64,000 bases of DNA from Alphaproteobacteria bacterium (lineage in GTDB: Bacteria > Pseudomonadota > Alphaproteobacteria > MPNO01), in NCBI GenBank assembly GCA_964291675.2, contig OZ219866.1, forward strand, positions 1,600,001 to 1,664,000, given 5' to 3'. The first letter of the stretch is position 1. Each line of letters begins with the position of its first letter. The notes beneath the pieces were generated by a model, which saw only the letters and a list, made by a program, of their open reading frames with translations, was not told the origin of the DNA and ran no database searches. Made by a program: the position numbers and the translations under genes. Of this stretch, positions 47,398 to 57,599 are shown in pieces.

Positions 47398-48678
47398 ATG
47401 CCAGTCGAACCCCTCCTCCCAGTCGCGCTCGGCAACGGCCGTGTGCATTACGCGCCGGGGATGCGCGCGGGCCCGTGGGTGTTCGCGAGCGGCCACATGG
47501 CGCAGGATTACGGGAACGGCATCGCCGCCTCGGTGCTGCGCGAAGCCGCGCCCAACGCCGCCGGCCCCAGATCCGCCCGCGAGGCGTCGCGCGTGTTCGA
47601 CAATGTCGAGGCGGTGCTCGCCGCCGGCGGGTCCGCGCTCGACCGCGTCGTGCGCACCGACCAGTACTACACCACCGTCGCCATGGTGCCGCCCTACCAG
47701 GCCGAGCGGCGGCGGCGCTTCGGCGCGCTGATCCCGCCCAGCACGTCGATCGTCCAGCACGGGCTGCTGCTGCCGGGCGCCGCGCTCGACCTCCAGGCGA
47801 TCGCAGTCGCCGCCGACGGCCCGCCGGTCGAGCATATCGACCACGATACCCTGAGCGGCCAGCCGAGCTCGGGCTACTCGGCGGCGCTCACGGCGGGGGA
47901 TTTGGTCTTCGTGCCGGGCAACACGGCAACGGCGGTCGCGGGCGAGGAGGCGCGCAACGGTGTCGCCGCCGATGCCCTGATCAGAGAGGGCCAGCTCTGG
48001 GGCGGTGAGCGGCTGAGGCTGGAGGCCGGGTTCATCGTCGAGCGCCGGCTGTTGCCCTCGCTCGACCTCGCGGGGCTCCGCCCCGAGGATGTCGTCAAGG
48101 CGCAGATCTACCTCACCGATCCGGCGGACTGCGCGGTCGTCCAGGACGTCTGGGCGGAGCATTTCGGCGCCGGCGCCGCGCTGTCGGTCGTCCCCTGCGC
48201 GCCGCGCGGGCTGGTGATCGAGGACGGCAAGATCGAGATCAACATCCTCGCCCACCGGGGCGGCGCGGCGGCCAAGACGGTCGTCGAAGCGGGTACGGCG
48301 CCGACCTTTGCCCGCCAGGCGGAGGCGGTCCGCTGCGGCGACCTTCTGTTCCTGTCGGCGCTGATGGCGGCGGATGGGGACGGGAGGCTGGTCGCGCCCG
48401 ATCCGCGCCAGCCCCATTTCTGCGAGCCCGCGGGCGAGGAGGCCGACGCGATATTGGAGACCGCCGCGCGGATCTGCGCAGCGGCCGGCGCGTCGCTGGA
48501 GAACGTCGTGAGGGTCCAGCAGTTCCACACCGACATCGCCGGCTTCTACCCCGTGCACCAGGCCTGGCAGCGCCGCCTTCCGGACCGGCCGATCCCGTTC
48601 TCGGCGATCGAGGTTCCGGGGCCTCTTCCCGTGCCCGGCTGTTCGGTGATGATGGATCTCTGGGTCTACGCACCCTGA
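47398..48678 (+). CDS. RidA/YjgF family protein with three tandem domains
   Basis: YAPGMRAGPWVFASG, YSAALTAGDLVFVPG and AEAVRCGDLLFLS repeats. Confidence 0.85.
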   Translation: MPVEPLLPVALGNGRVHYAPGMRAGPWVFASGHMAQDYGNGIAASVLREAAPNAAGPRSAREASRVFDNVEAVLAAGGSALDRVVRTDQYYTTVAMVPPYQAERRRRFGALIPPSTSIVQHGLLLPGAALDLQAIAVAADGPPVEHIDHDTLSGQPSSGYSAALTAGDLVFVPGNTATAVAGEEARNGVAADALIREGQLWGGERLRLEAGFIVERRLLPSLDLAGLRPEDVVKAQIYLTDPADCAVVQDVWAEHFGAGAALSVVPCAPRGLVIEDGKIEINILAHRGGAAAKTVVEAGTAPTFARQAEAVRCGDLLFLSALMAADGDGRLVAPDPRQPHFCEPAGEEADAILETAARICAAAGASLENVVRVQQFHTDIAGFYPVHQAWQRRLPDRPIPFSAIEVPGPLPVPGCSVMMDLWVYAP

Positions 48679-48696
48679 CAACGAGGGAGGGCGTCG

Positions 48697-49617
48697 ATGC
48701 GCCTCGCCGTACCGGATCTGATCTCGAACTCCTACTTCCCGTCGATCTCCGCGGTCGAGCTCGGCGACTTCGCCGAACAGGGGCTCGACGTGAGCCACGA
48801 GCTGATCTTCCCCGTCGACAAGTGCTACCGGGCGCTGCGCGACGGCGAGGTCGACCTGATCGGCGGCTCGGCGCATGCGGTGCTCTCCGCCTTCCCGCGC
48901 TGGGAGGGGGCGAAGATGCTCTGTTCGCTCTCCCGGGGGATGTACTGGTTCCTCGTCATGCGCGCCGACGAGGGCCATGCGCGCGGCGACCTCGGCGCCG
49001 TCAGGGGGAAGAAGATAGGCGCCGCGCCCTGGGTCGATATCGGCCTCAAGCGGATGCTGCGGGAGGGCGGGATCGACATCGAGCGCGACGGGGTCGACAT
49101 CGCGCCGGTGCCGGGGACGACCGGACCCCGCGTGAGCTTCGGGGTGACGGCGGCCAGGGCGCTGGAGGACGGGCTGCTTGACGGGTTCTGGGCCAACGGC
49201 ATGGGCGCCGAGATCGCGGTCACAAGGGGCGTCGGGACCGTGGTGGCCGACGTGCGCCGGGGCGACGGCCCGAAACCCGCCTTCAACTACACCCAGCCGG
49301 TGCTGGTCGCGACCGAACGACTGGTCGCCGAGCGCCCCGGCGACGCCGCCGCCGCGGTGCGCGCCATCGTCTCCACCCAGCGGAAGCTCAAGCAGGATGT
49401 CGGCCGCGCGACGGCGATCGGCGAGAAGCTGTTCGCGCCGGACGAGGCGAAGCTGATCGCCCGGGTGGTCGAACGCGACCTGCCGTTCTACGACCCGGCG
49501 ATCGCCGAAGGCTTCGTCGACGGCATGATCGCGTTCGCCCGCGACATGGGCATCCTCGACCGCGCCGTTCCCTACGAGAGCGTGGTCGCGACCGAGTTCA
49601 GCGAGCTCTGGGCTTGA
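48697..49617 (+). CDS. NMT1/THI5-like substrate-binding-fold protein without signal peptide
   Basis: YFP...ELGDFAEQGLDV, GKKIG; begins directly at the first beta strand. Confidence 0.85.
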   Translation: MRLAVPDLISNSYFPSISAVELGDFAEQGLDVSHELIFPVDKCYRALRDGEVDLIGGSAHAVLSAFPRWEGAKMLCSLSRGMYWFLVMRADEGHARGDLGAVRGKKIGAAPWVDIGLKRMLREGGIDIERDGVDIAPVPGTTGPRVSFGVTAARALEDGLLDGFWANGMGAEIAVTRGVGTVVADVRRGDGPKPAFNYTQPVLVATERLVAERPGDAAAAVRAIVSTQRKLKQDVGRATAIGEKLFAPDEAKLIARVVERDLPFYDPAIAEGFVDGMIAFARDMGILDRAVPYESVVATEFSELWA

Positions 49618-49618
49618 G

Positions 49619-50245
49619 CTACTTCACCGGCGAGTAGTCCGCGGCGAAGCAGATCTTGCATTCCTGGGTCAGGATCGGGTCCGGCCCGCCGCTTACGTTC
49701 TTGGGCGGCCAGATGCCTTTCTCCCTCGCCTCCTCGCGCACCTCGCGGCGGTGCTCCAGGCTCTCATAGCCCCAGATGTGGACGAACTTGTTGAGCGCGC
49801 CGCATTCGGTGACCATCGCCATGACCAGCGGCGACATCTCGACCCGTTTCTCGATGGCCGTCGACCAGTTCTCGACCAGCGCCGGCTGTCCGTCGGAGCG
49901 CATCGTGTATTCGCGCCACTCGAAGACCGGTCCGAGATCGCCGCTCGCCATCGTCGGGGTGAAGGGCAGCGGGGCGAAGATCTCCGACTGCATGGTCTCG
50001 ATCACGTGCGAGACCTTGGGCGGCCAGTTGGGGTCCTTGGCGGCTTCGACGCGGATCCGCTCGCGCTCGCCCATGTCGGCATAGGGCCAGATGTGGATGA
50101 CCTGGTTGAGCGGCCCGATCTCGGTATAGAGCATCGCGCTGATCTGCGAGTGTTCGCTGCGCGTCTCGTAGCCATCCGCGAAGAGCCGAAGGAATTCCGG
50201 CACCTTGCCGCGCGCGATTCGGTAGCTCCTGGCTTCGTAGATCAT
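49619..50245 (-). CDS. NIPSNAP family protein (two domains)
   Basis: IYEARSY, TEIGPLNQVIHIWPY, second domain NKFVHIWGY. Confidence 0.92.
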   Translation of the reverse strand: MIYEARSYRIARGKVPEFLRLFADGYETRSEHSQISAMLYTEIGPLNQVIHIWPYADMGERERIRVEAAKDPNWPPKVSHVIETMQSEIFAPLPFTPTMASGDLGPVFEWREYTMRSDGQPALVENWSTAIEKRVEMSPLVMAMVTECGALNKFVHIWGYESLEHRREVREEAREKGIWPPKNVSGGPDPILTQECKICFAADYSPVK

Positions 50246-50268
50246 CACCGGTCCCTTTCCGTTCGGTG

Positions 50269-51333
50269 TCAGATGAGGCTGTTGCCGGCGAACCGCTGAC
50301 GCCACAGCGGGATCGCATCGGGATTGACGACGTTCTCGGGGATTTCGCCGCGGATCGCGGCGAAGATCGCCTTCTCGACCCAGGGCACCGCCATCTGCAA
50401 GCCGGTGCCCACATTGTTGGAAACCATGTGCGGCGACAGCAGCACCTTGTCGCCGAGCCCGAGCAGCGGGGTCTGCGGGTCGGGCGGCTCTTCCGGCAGC
50501 ACGTCGAGCGCGGCGGCGGCGAGCCGGTCCGATTGCAGCGCGTCGAACAGCGCGTCGATGTCGACGATGGGGCCGCGCGCGGTGTTGATCAGCACCGCGC
50601 CCGGCTTCATCAGCGCGAGCTCGCGCGCCCCGATCAGCCCCTCGGTCTCCGCCGTCAGGTTGCAGTGGATGGTCACCACGTCGGCTTCCGACAGCAGCGC
50701 GTCCAGCGGCGTGCGGCGGACGTTGTGGGTGGCGAAGCGCGCCTCCTCGGCATAGGGGTCGTGGCCCGAGAGGCGCACCCGCCAGGGCGCCAGCAGGTCG
50801 GCGACGCGCGAGCCGATGCGCCCCAGCCCGACGATGCCCACCGCGATGCCCGGGTAGTCGTCGATGTGCCGCGCGCCGAGATAGGTGCCCATCAGCGACG
50901 GGTCGCGCCAGCGCCCCTCCTTCACGCTGCGGTCGCGCTCGCGCACCTTCTTGAGCAGCGCCAGGATGAAGGTGACCGCCCCTTCCGCGACCCCGCCCCA
51001 GTTGCTCTCCGTCGGGCTGTTGACGACGAGGATGCCGAGATCGGTCGCCGCCGCCTCGTCCACATTGTCGTAGCCGACCGAGTACTTGGCGATCAGCCGC
51101 AGATCCGGTGCGGATTCGAGGGTGCGGCGGGTCAGCGCGTTGAGCCGGTTGGCGACCCCGGCGGCGGCAACCGTCGACGGGGCGAAGACCAGCTCGGTCG
51201 TGGCGCCGGAGCGGTTCGCCGTCTGCGACCAGGGCTCGTCGGGGATCTGGACGTCGAGCCCCGCCGCGCGCAGTCGCTCGTAGGAGCCGCCGGTCGCGTC
51301 GACCGCGGCATAGATGTGGATCCTGGGCTGCAC
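50269..51333 (-). CDS. D-isomer-specific 2-hydroxyacid dehydrogenase
   Basis: VGYDNVD, GLGRIG, INTARG, LDVLPEEP, SPH. Confidence 0.92.
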   Translation of the reverse strand: MQPRIHIYAAVDATGGSYERLRAAGLDVQIPDEPWSQTANRSGATTELVFAPSTVAAAGVANRLNALTRRTLESAPDLRLIAKYSVGYDNVDEAAATDLGILVVNSPTESNWGGVAEGAVTFILALLKKVRERDRSVKEGRWRDPSLMGTYLGARHIDDYPGIAVGIVGLGRIGSRVADLLAPWRVRLSGHDPYAEEARFATHNVRRTPLDALLSEADVVTIHCNLTAETEGLIGARELALMKPGAVLINTARGPIVDIDALFDALQSDRLAAAALDVLPEEPPDPQTPLLGLGDKVLLSPHMVSNNVGTGLQMAVPWVEKAIFAAIRGEIPENVVNPDAIPLWRQRFAGNSLI

Positions 51334-51359
51334 CGCGCGGCTCGTCTCGACGGTTGACG

Positions 51360-51752
51360 CTACGACTCGTCCGGGATGTCGGAGACATGCGCGGACACGA
51401 TCCGCCAGCCCTCCTCCATGCGGACCCAGCACTGGCTCTGGCGGCCGACGATGCCGCCGGGCCGCGTCGACTCGGTATCCGCCATCGCGAAGTCCCGCCC
51501 GAAGGTCTTGATCACCGTGTTGCGCAGCGTCCGTTCGACGCCCGCGATGTTGCGGTTGCGGCGGAACCGGTCGATCGCGCGGTGGCCCAGCAGCGTGCCG
51601 TTAGGGCCGTAGCGCAGGGTGAGCGGGCTGTCCCAGAACAGCTCCGCCAGGGTGTCGACGTCGTTCGTCCCGAGCGCCTTCTCGTAGCGCTCGAACGCCG
51701 CCGTCACCTCCGCCACCACCTCGGGGATGTTGACCTCCTGCACCTTCCCCAC
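51360..51752 (-). CDS. AtzH/HpxZ-like (DUF3225) protein
   Basis: VNIPEVVAEV...YEKAL...LFW...RYG, GRQSQCW, AHVS. Confidence 0.88.
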   Translation of the reverse strand: MGKVQEVNIPEVVAEVTAAFERYEKALGTNDVDTLAELFWDSPLTLRYGPNGTLLGHRAIDRFRRNRNIAGVERTLRNTVIKTFGRDFAMADTESTRPGGIVGRQSQCWVRMEEGWRIVSAHVSDIPDES

Positions 51753-51889
51753 AACGCCCCTCCGCCTTTGCCTGCCCCGGCGCAAGGATGTCGCGATAGC
51801 CCCGCCGGTTCAACCGGGCGTCCGCTTGTCAGGGCGGCGGCGCGGCTGCATGCTCGGCGCCGCGACGGGGATCGGGGGTTGCAGGCGCC

Positions 51890-53275
51890 GTGGAAGAGCA
51901 GACACTGAGAGGCTTCATCGACAAGGTGGAGAAGGCGGCGCCGGACGAGATCCTGCGCATCGCCGAGCCGGTTCGCCGCGAGCTCGACATCACCTCGACC
52001 GTGTTCGAGCTCGAACGCGCCGGGCGCAGCCCGATCGTGGTCTTCGAGCGGGTCGAGGGGTTCGACATGCCCGTCGTCACCAACGTCGCCGGCAACCGGA
52101 GGCTGCTCGGGCTCGCCCTCGGCGTCGCGCCCGAGGACCTGCCCGGCGCCTATCGCGAACGCTGCCAGAACTACCTGCCGGTGGAGCGCGTGGCCGACGC
52201 GCCGTGGCAGGATGTGGTGCTCGAGGGCGACGATGTCGACCTCACCAGGCTGCCCATCCCGCTCCATTTCGGGGTGGACGCCGCGCCCTATATCACCGCC
52301 GGGCAGATCGCCGCGCGCGATCCCGAGACCGGGGTCGACACCACCGGGTTCCACCGCCTGATGCTGCGCGGGCGCGACCGGCTCGGGCTGTCGCTCCATT
52401 CGCGGCGGCGCATGTACGAATACCACCGCCGCGCGGAGGAGCGGGGCGAAGCGCTGCCGGCGGCCATCACGCTCGGCATCCACCCGGTGCATTACATGGG
52501 CTCCATGGCCTATCACTACCCGCCCGGCGTGCGGAAGGTGGAGATCATCGGCGCGCTGTTCGGCGAGCCCTACCGCGTCGCAAGCTGCGGGACGTCCGAG
52601 CTCGACGTTCCCTGGGGGGCGGAGATCGTCATCGAGGGCAGCATCCTCGCCGGCGTCCACGAGCCCGAGGGTCCGTTCGGCGAGTTCACCGGATACGCCT
52701 CCTACCGCTCGACCGAGAACGTGTTCGTCGCCGAGCGGATCCAGATGCGCGGCGACGCGATGTTCCATTCGGTTGCCTCGGGCACCGCTCCGGACCACAT
52801 CCTGATCTCCAGCATTTCGCGCGAGGCGGAGATCCTCAACGCGTTGCGCCGCAACCTTCCCAACGTGCGCGCGGTCCACGTGCCGACCGCCACCGTGGGC
52901 GCGCTGATGGCCATCGTCTCGATGAAGAAGACCGCCGAGGGCCAGCCGCGCCAGGCGATCATGAGCGCGCTCGGCACCGAGTTCTATGTCAAATGCGTCG
53001 TCGTGGTGGATGACGATGTCGACGTGTTCGATCTCTCCGACGTGATGTGGGCGGTGATCACGCGGACCCGGGCGGAGAGCGACGTGATCTACATCCCGGG
53101 CGCGATGGGTGCGATCCTCGATCCGACCTCCGACCCGGAGACCCACACCGTCACCAAGGTCGGCATCGATGCGACCAAGCCGGCGGGGCGCGACTTCGCG
53201 GAGCGGCTGACCATCGCCGACGGGCAGCGCGCCCGGGTGCGCGAGATTCTCGCGCGCGCCGGCATGCGTATCTGA
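51890..53275 (+). CDS. UbiD family (prFMN-dependent) decarboxylase
   Basis: EGPFGEFTGY, VDDDVD, KVGIDAT. Confidence 0.94.
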   Translation: MEEQTLRGFIDKVEKAAPDEILRIAEPVRRELDITSTVFELERAGRSPIVVFERVEGFDMPVVTNVAGNRRLLGLALGVAPEDLPGAYRERCQNYLPVERVADAPWQDVVLEGDDVDLTRLPIPLHFGVDAAPYITAGQIAARDPETGVDTTGFHRLMLRGRDRLGLSLHSRRRMYEYHRRAEERGEALPAAITLGIHPVHYMGSMAYHYPPGVRKVEIIGALFGEPYRVASCGTSELDVPWGAEIVIEGSILAGVHEPEGPFGEFTGYASYRSTENVFVAERIQMRGDAMFHSVASGTAPDHILISSISREAEILNALRRNLPNVRAVHVPTATVGALMAIVSMKKTAEGQPRQAIMSALGTEFYVKCVVVVDDDVDVFDLSDVMWAVITRTRAESDVIYIPGAMGAILDPTSDPETHTVTKVGIDATKPAGRDFAERLTIADGQRARVREILARAGMRI

Positions 53276-53358
53276 GCCCGCCCGAGTCCCCGCCGGCTTG
53301 CGCGCATGCGCGGCGCGAGCCATCCTCGCCCGTCCCGGATCCCGCAAAAGGATGAATC

Positions 53359-54762
53359 GTGCGCGCCAGGTTCAAGTCGCGGGCGGACGCCAGCACCGTC
53401 CCCATCGTCCCGATCGAGAAGGATGTCTTCGACGCCTGGCTCGCCGACCAGCCGGCCGGCACCCGCGCCTGGGTGGAGAGCACGGGCTTCAAGGCCGCGC
53501 CGCGCAGCCTGAGCCTGGTCGCGGGCGAGGACGGCGCGCTCGCCAGCGTCCTGTTCGGGGTCGAGGCGCATGACGATTTCTGGGCCTATGCCGATCTTCC
53601 GGGCCGGCTGCCCGCCGGCAGCTACCGGATCGACGCGCGGATGGAGCACGGAGCCGCCACCGGGGCGGCGCTCGGCTGGGCGCTCGGCTGCTACGCCTAT
53701 GACCGCTATGCCGCGAAACGGTCGGCGCCGGTGCCGGCGCTGGTCTGGCCGGCGGGCGCCGACCGCGCCCATGTGCGGAGCGCGGCGGAGGCGACGACCA
53801 CGATCCGCGACCTGATCAACACCCCGGCCAGCGATATGGGCCCGGCCGAGCTCGCCGCCTCGGTGCGCAGCGTGGGCGAGGCGAAGGGCGCGGAGGTCGC
53901 CGAGATCAAGGGAGCCGGGCTGCTCCGCCGGGGCTATCCGACGGTTCACGCCGTGGGGCGGGCGAGCGCCAACGCGCCCCGGCTCATCGACCTCCGCTGG
54001 GGTCGCGCCGACGCGCCCAAGGTGACGCTGATCGGCAAGGGGGTGTGCTTCGATTCCGGCGGGCTCGACATCAAGCCGGCAAGGGGCATGCTGCGTATGA
54101 AGAAGGACATGGGCGGCGCGGCGCATGTCCTGGGGCTCGCCCAGATGGTCATGGCGGCCGGCCTCGACGTCAGGCTGCGCGTGCTGGTTCCCGCCGTGGA
54201 GAACAGCATCTCCGGCAACGCGCTGCGCCCGCTCGACATCGTCAGGACGCGCAGCGGAATCGCCGTCGAGGTGGGCAACACCGACGCCGAGGGCCGGCTC
54301 ATCCTGTGCGATGCGATCACCGAAGCGGAGAGCGAGGGGCCGGACCTGCTGATCGATTGCGCCACGCTGACCGGCGCGGCGAGGGTCGCGCTCGGGCCGG
54401 AGCTGCCGGCCTTCTTCTGCAACGACGATGCGCTCGCCGAGGCGCTCGCGAGCGCGGGGGAGGCGGTGTCCGACCCGCTCTGGCGCCTGCCCCTGTGGCG
54501 GCCCTATCGGCGGATGCTCGACAGCAAGACCGCCGATATCAACAACGTGTCGGAAGGCGGCATGGCCGGCGCCATCACCGCGGCGCTCTATCTGCAGGAA
54601 TTCGTGAACGGAACGACCCCCTGGATCCATCTGGACGTCATGGCCTGGAACCTCACCGCCCGTCCCGGTCGCCCGGTCGGCGGCGAGGCGCAGGGCGTGC
54701 GCGCGCTCTACGCCCTGATCGAGTCCCGCTTCGGGGGCGAAGGGCGGCCGGCGAGCGGCTGA
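53359..54762 (+). CDS. Leucyl aminopeptidase (M17)
   Basis: GKGVCFDSGGLDIK, MKKDMGG, NTDAEGRL, ATLTGA. Confidence 0.96.
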   Translation: MRARFKSRADASTVPIVPIEKDVFDAWLADQPAGTRAWVESTGFKAAPRSLSLVAGEDGALASVLFGVEAHDDFWAYADLPGRLPAGSYRIDARMEHGAATGAALGWALGCYAYDRYAAKRSAPVPALVWPAGADRAHVRSAAEATTTIRDLINTPASDMGPAELAASVRSVGEAKGAEVAEIKGAGLLRRGYPTVHAVGRASANAPRLIDLRWGRADAPKVTLIGKGVCFDSGGLDIKPARGMLRMKKDMGGAAHVLGLAQMVMAAGLDVRLRVLVPAVENSISGNALRPLDIVRTRSGIAVEVGNTDAEGRLILCDAITEAESEGPDLLIDCATLTGAARVALGPELPAFFCNDDALAEALASAGEAVSDPLWRLPLWRPYRRMLDSKTADINNVSEGGMAGAITAALYLQEFVNGTTPWIHLDVMAWNLTARPGRPVGGEAQGVRALYALIESRFGGEGRPASG

Positions 54763-54778
54763 GGGGTTGGCCGGGGCC

Positions 54779-54888
54779 GTCCTTCGATACGCCTCCTTCG
54801 GGGACTGCTCAGGATTAGGGTGGGGTGTGGGCTGCCCCCAGCAACCCTCCCTCATCCCGAGTAGGCGCGCAGCGCCGTATCGCGGGAC
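54779..54888. repeat. REP-like palindromic element, family A
   Basis: Slightly degenerate copy between convergent genes. Confidence 0.8.
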
Positions 54889-54897
54889 GCTTTCGCC

Positions 54898-56526
54898 TTA
54901 CGTCGCCACCGCGTCGGTCTCGACCGCCTCGATGTCGAAGGCGGCGGCGATCAGCGCCCTGGTATAGGGCTCGGTCGGGGTCTCGAAGATGCGCTGCGTG
55001 CTGCCCTGCTCGACGACGCGGCCGTGGCGCATGACGATCACCTCGTCGGCCAGCGCGCGAACCACCTTGAGGTCGTGGCTGATGAACAGATAGGCGAGGC
55101 TGTGGCGCTCCTGGAGCGCGCGCAGGAGGTCCACGATCTGCGCCTGGATCGACATGTCGAGCGCCGATGTCGGCTCGTCCAGCACGATGAAACGCGGCTT
55201 GAGCGCGATGGCGCGGGCGATGGCGATCCTCTGGCGCTGCCCGCCGGAGAACTCGTGCGGATAGCGGTCCTGGGAATCGGGGTCGAGCCCGACCTCGACG
55301 AGCGCATCGGCGATCGCCGCCCGCCGTTCGTCGTAATCGCCCGCCATGCCGTGGACGACGAGGCCCTCCTCGATGATCTGGCCGACCGAGAACCGGGGCG
55401 AGAGCGAGCTGTACGGGTCCTGGAAGACGATCTGCATTTCGCGCCGCAAGGGACGGAGATCGGACCAGCTCATGCCGCTGATGTCGCGCCCGCGGAAGCG
55501 GATCGGCCCGAGGCTCTTCTCGAGCCGCAGCAGCCCCAGGGCGAGGGTGGTCTTGCCCGACCCGCTCTCGCCGACGACCCCCAGCGTGCGGCCCTCGCGC
55601 ACGGCGACCGAGACCCCGTCCACCGCCTTGATGTGGCCGACGACGCGGCGCAGGATGCCGCGCTTGACCGGGAACCACACCTTCAGATCCTCGGCCGTCA
55701 TCACCGCCCCGGCCTCGCCGTCGGCGGCGACCGGTCTTCCCTTCGGTTCGGCGGCCAGCAGGTGGCGGGTATAGAGGTGCTGCGGGCTTTCGAAGATTTG
55801 CGCCGTCGGGCCGGTCTCCACGATCTCGCCCTCGGTCATCACGGCGACGCGGTGCGCCACCTTGCGGACGATCCCGATATCGTGGGTGATCAGCAGGATC
55901 GCCATGCCGCGCTCGCGTTGCAGGTCGGCGAGCAGCTTGAGGATCTGCGCCTGGATGGTGACGTCGAGCGCGGTCGTCGGCTCGTCGGCGATCAGTAGCT
56001 CGGGATCGTTGGCGAGCGCCATGGCGATCATCACCCGCTGGCGCTGCCCGCCCGAGAGCTGATGGGGGTAGGCGTGGAGCCGGCTCTCCGCTTCTGGCAG
56101 GCCGACCTGGTTCAACAGGTCGACGATCCGCGAGCGCGCCTCCGCGGGGGGGAGGCCCTTGTGGACCTTGAGGATCTCGCCGATCTGCTTCTCGATCGTG
56201 TGCAGCGGGTTGAGCGAGGTCATCGGCTCCTGGAAGATCATCGCGATCCGGTTGCCGCGCACGCTCCGCAGCAGCGGCTCCGGACACCCCATCAGCTCCT
56301 CTCCGGCGAAGCGGATACTGCCGCTCGGGTGGTGGGCGAGCGGGTAGGGCAGGAGCTGGAGGATCGACAGCGCCGAGACCGACTTGCCCGAACCGCTCTC
56401 GCCCACCAGGGCGAAGGTCTCGCCGCGGCCGATGGCGAAGGAGATGTTGCGGACCGCGCGAACCTCGCGCTCGCCCGTGCCGAAGGATACCGAGAGGTCG
56501 TCCGCCGCGAGCAGGGTGCCGTCCAT
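54898..56526 (-). CDS. yejF: Peptide ABC transporter dual ATP-binding protein
   Basis: Two GESGSGK Walker A and SGGQRQR signatures; operon context. Confidence 0.92.
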   Translation of the reverse strand: MDGTLLAADDLSVSFGTGEREVRAVRNISFAIGRGETFALVGESGSGKSVSALSILQLLPYPLAHHPSGSIRFAGEELMGCPEPLLRSVRGNRIAMIFQEPMTSLNPLHTIEKQIGEILKVHKGLPPAEARSRIVDLLNQVGLPEAESRLHAYPHQLSGGQRQRVMIAMALANDPELLIADEPTTALDVTIQAQILKLLADLQRERGMAILLITHDIGIVRKVAHRVAVMTEGEIVETGPTAQIFESPQHLYTRHLLAAEPKGRPVAADGEAGAVMTAEDLKVWFPVKRGILRRVVGHIKAVDGVSVAVREGRTLGVVGESGSGKTTLALGLLRLEKSLGPIRFRGRDISGMSWSDLRPLRREMQIVFQDPYSSLSPRFSVGQIIEEGLVVHGMAGDYDERRAAIADALVEVGLDPDSQDRYPHEFSGGQRQRIAIARAIALKPRFIVLDEPTSALDMSIQAQIVDLLRALQERHSLAYLFISHDLKVVRALADEVIVMRHGRVVEQGSTQRIFETPTEPYTRALIAAAFDIEAVETDAVAT

Positions 56527-56534
56527 CGCCCTTC

Positions 56535-57599
56535 CTACTCGTTCACCGTCTTGCGCGGATCGAACGCGTCGCGCACCCCCTCGCCGACGAAGATCAGCAG
56601 CGAAAGCGTGACGACGATCGTCAGGCTCGCGGTGACCGCGAGCCACGGCGCCTGCAGGTTGGCCTTGCCCTGCGCCAGCAGCTCGCCCAGCGAGGGCGAG
56701 CCGGGCGGCAGCCCGAAGCCGAGGAAATCGAGCGCGGTCAGGCTGGTGATCGAGCCGGTCAGGATGATCGGCAGGAAGGTCAGCGTGGCGACCATCGCGT
56801 TGGGCAGCACGTGCCGGCGCATGATGGTGAAGTTGCTCACCCCGAGCGCGCGCGCCGCCCGGACATAGTCGAAATTGCGCGCGCGCAGGAATTCCGCCCG
56901 CACCACGCCTTCGAGCGCGGTCCAGCCGAACAGCACCATGATGCCGAGCAGCCACCAGAAATTGGGGGTCACGATGCTGGCCAGGATGATCAGCAGGAAC
57001 AGGGTGGGCAGCCCCTGCCAGACCTCGATGAAGCGCTGGAAGGCGAGATCGGTCCAGCCGCCGAAATAGCCCTGCGCCGCGCCCACCGCCACGCCGATGA
57101 TCGACCCCAGCACGGTGAGCGAGATACCGAACAGGACGGAGATGCGAAACCCGTAGATCGCGCGCGCCAGCACGTCGCGCGCCTGGTCGTCGGTGCCCAG
57201 CCAGTTGTCGCCCGACGGCGGCGCCGGGGCGGGCTGCTCGAGGTCGTAATTCACCGTCCGGTAGCTGTAGGGGATCAGCGGCCAGACCATCCAGCCGCCC
57301 TTGTCCCGGATGAGCTGCTGGACGTCGGGTTCGCGGTACTCCGCCTCGGTCTCGAAATCGCCGCCGAAGGCGGTCTCCGGGTAGGTCGCGAAGACCGGGA
57401 AGTAGTACCCGCCCTCGTACTGGATCAAGAGCGGCTTGTCGTTGGCGAGGAACTCGGCCGGCAAAGTGAGAGCGAACAGCGCGAGAAACACCCAGAGCGA
57501 GACGAAAGCGCGGCGGTTGTTGCGGAAATTCCTCAGCCGCCGCCGTGTGAGCGGCGTCAGCCGTGCCCCGAAGGCCCGGTCTGCGCCGCCGTCAGCCAC
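56535..57599 (-). CDS. yejE: Peptide ABC transporter permease
   Basis: LGTDDQARDVLAR, VRAEFLRARNFDYVRAARALG. Confidence 0.92.
   Translation of the reverse strand: MADGGADRAFGARLTPLTRRRLRNFRNNRRAFVSLWVFLALFALTLPAEFLANDKPLLIQYEGGYYFPVFATYPETAFGGDFETEAEYREPDVQQLIRDKGGWMVWPLIPYSYRTVNYDLEQPAPAPPSGDNWLGTDDQARDVLARAIYGFRISVLFGISLTVLGSIIGVAVGAAQGYFGGWTDLAFQRFIEVWQGLPTLFLLIILASIVTPNFWWLLGIMVLFGWTALEGVVRAEFLRARNFDYVRAARALGVSNFTIMRRHVLPNAMVATLTFLPIILTGSITSLTALDFLGFGLPPGSPSLGELLAQGKANLQAPWLAVTASLTIVVTLSLLIFVGEGVRDAFDPRKTVNE

Noticed and set aside
35896-54888. CRISPR array from the recurring repeats
   Set aside because: Copies are dispersed inverted pairs, not regularly spaced direct repeats; no cas genes.
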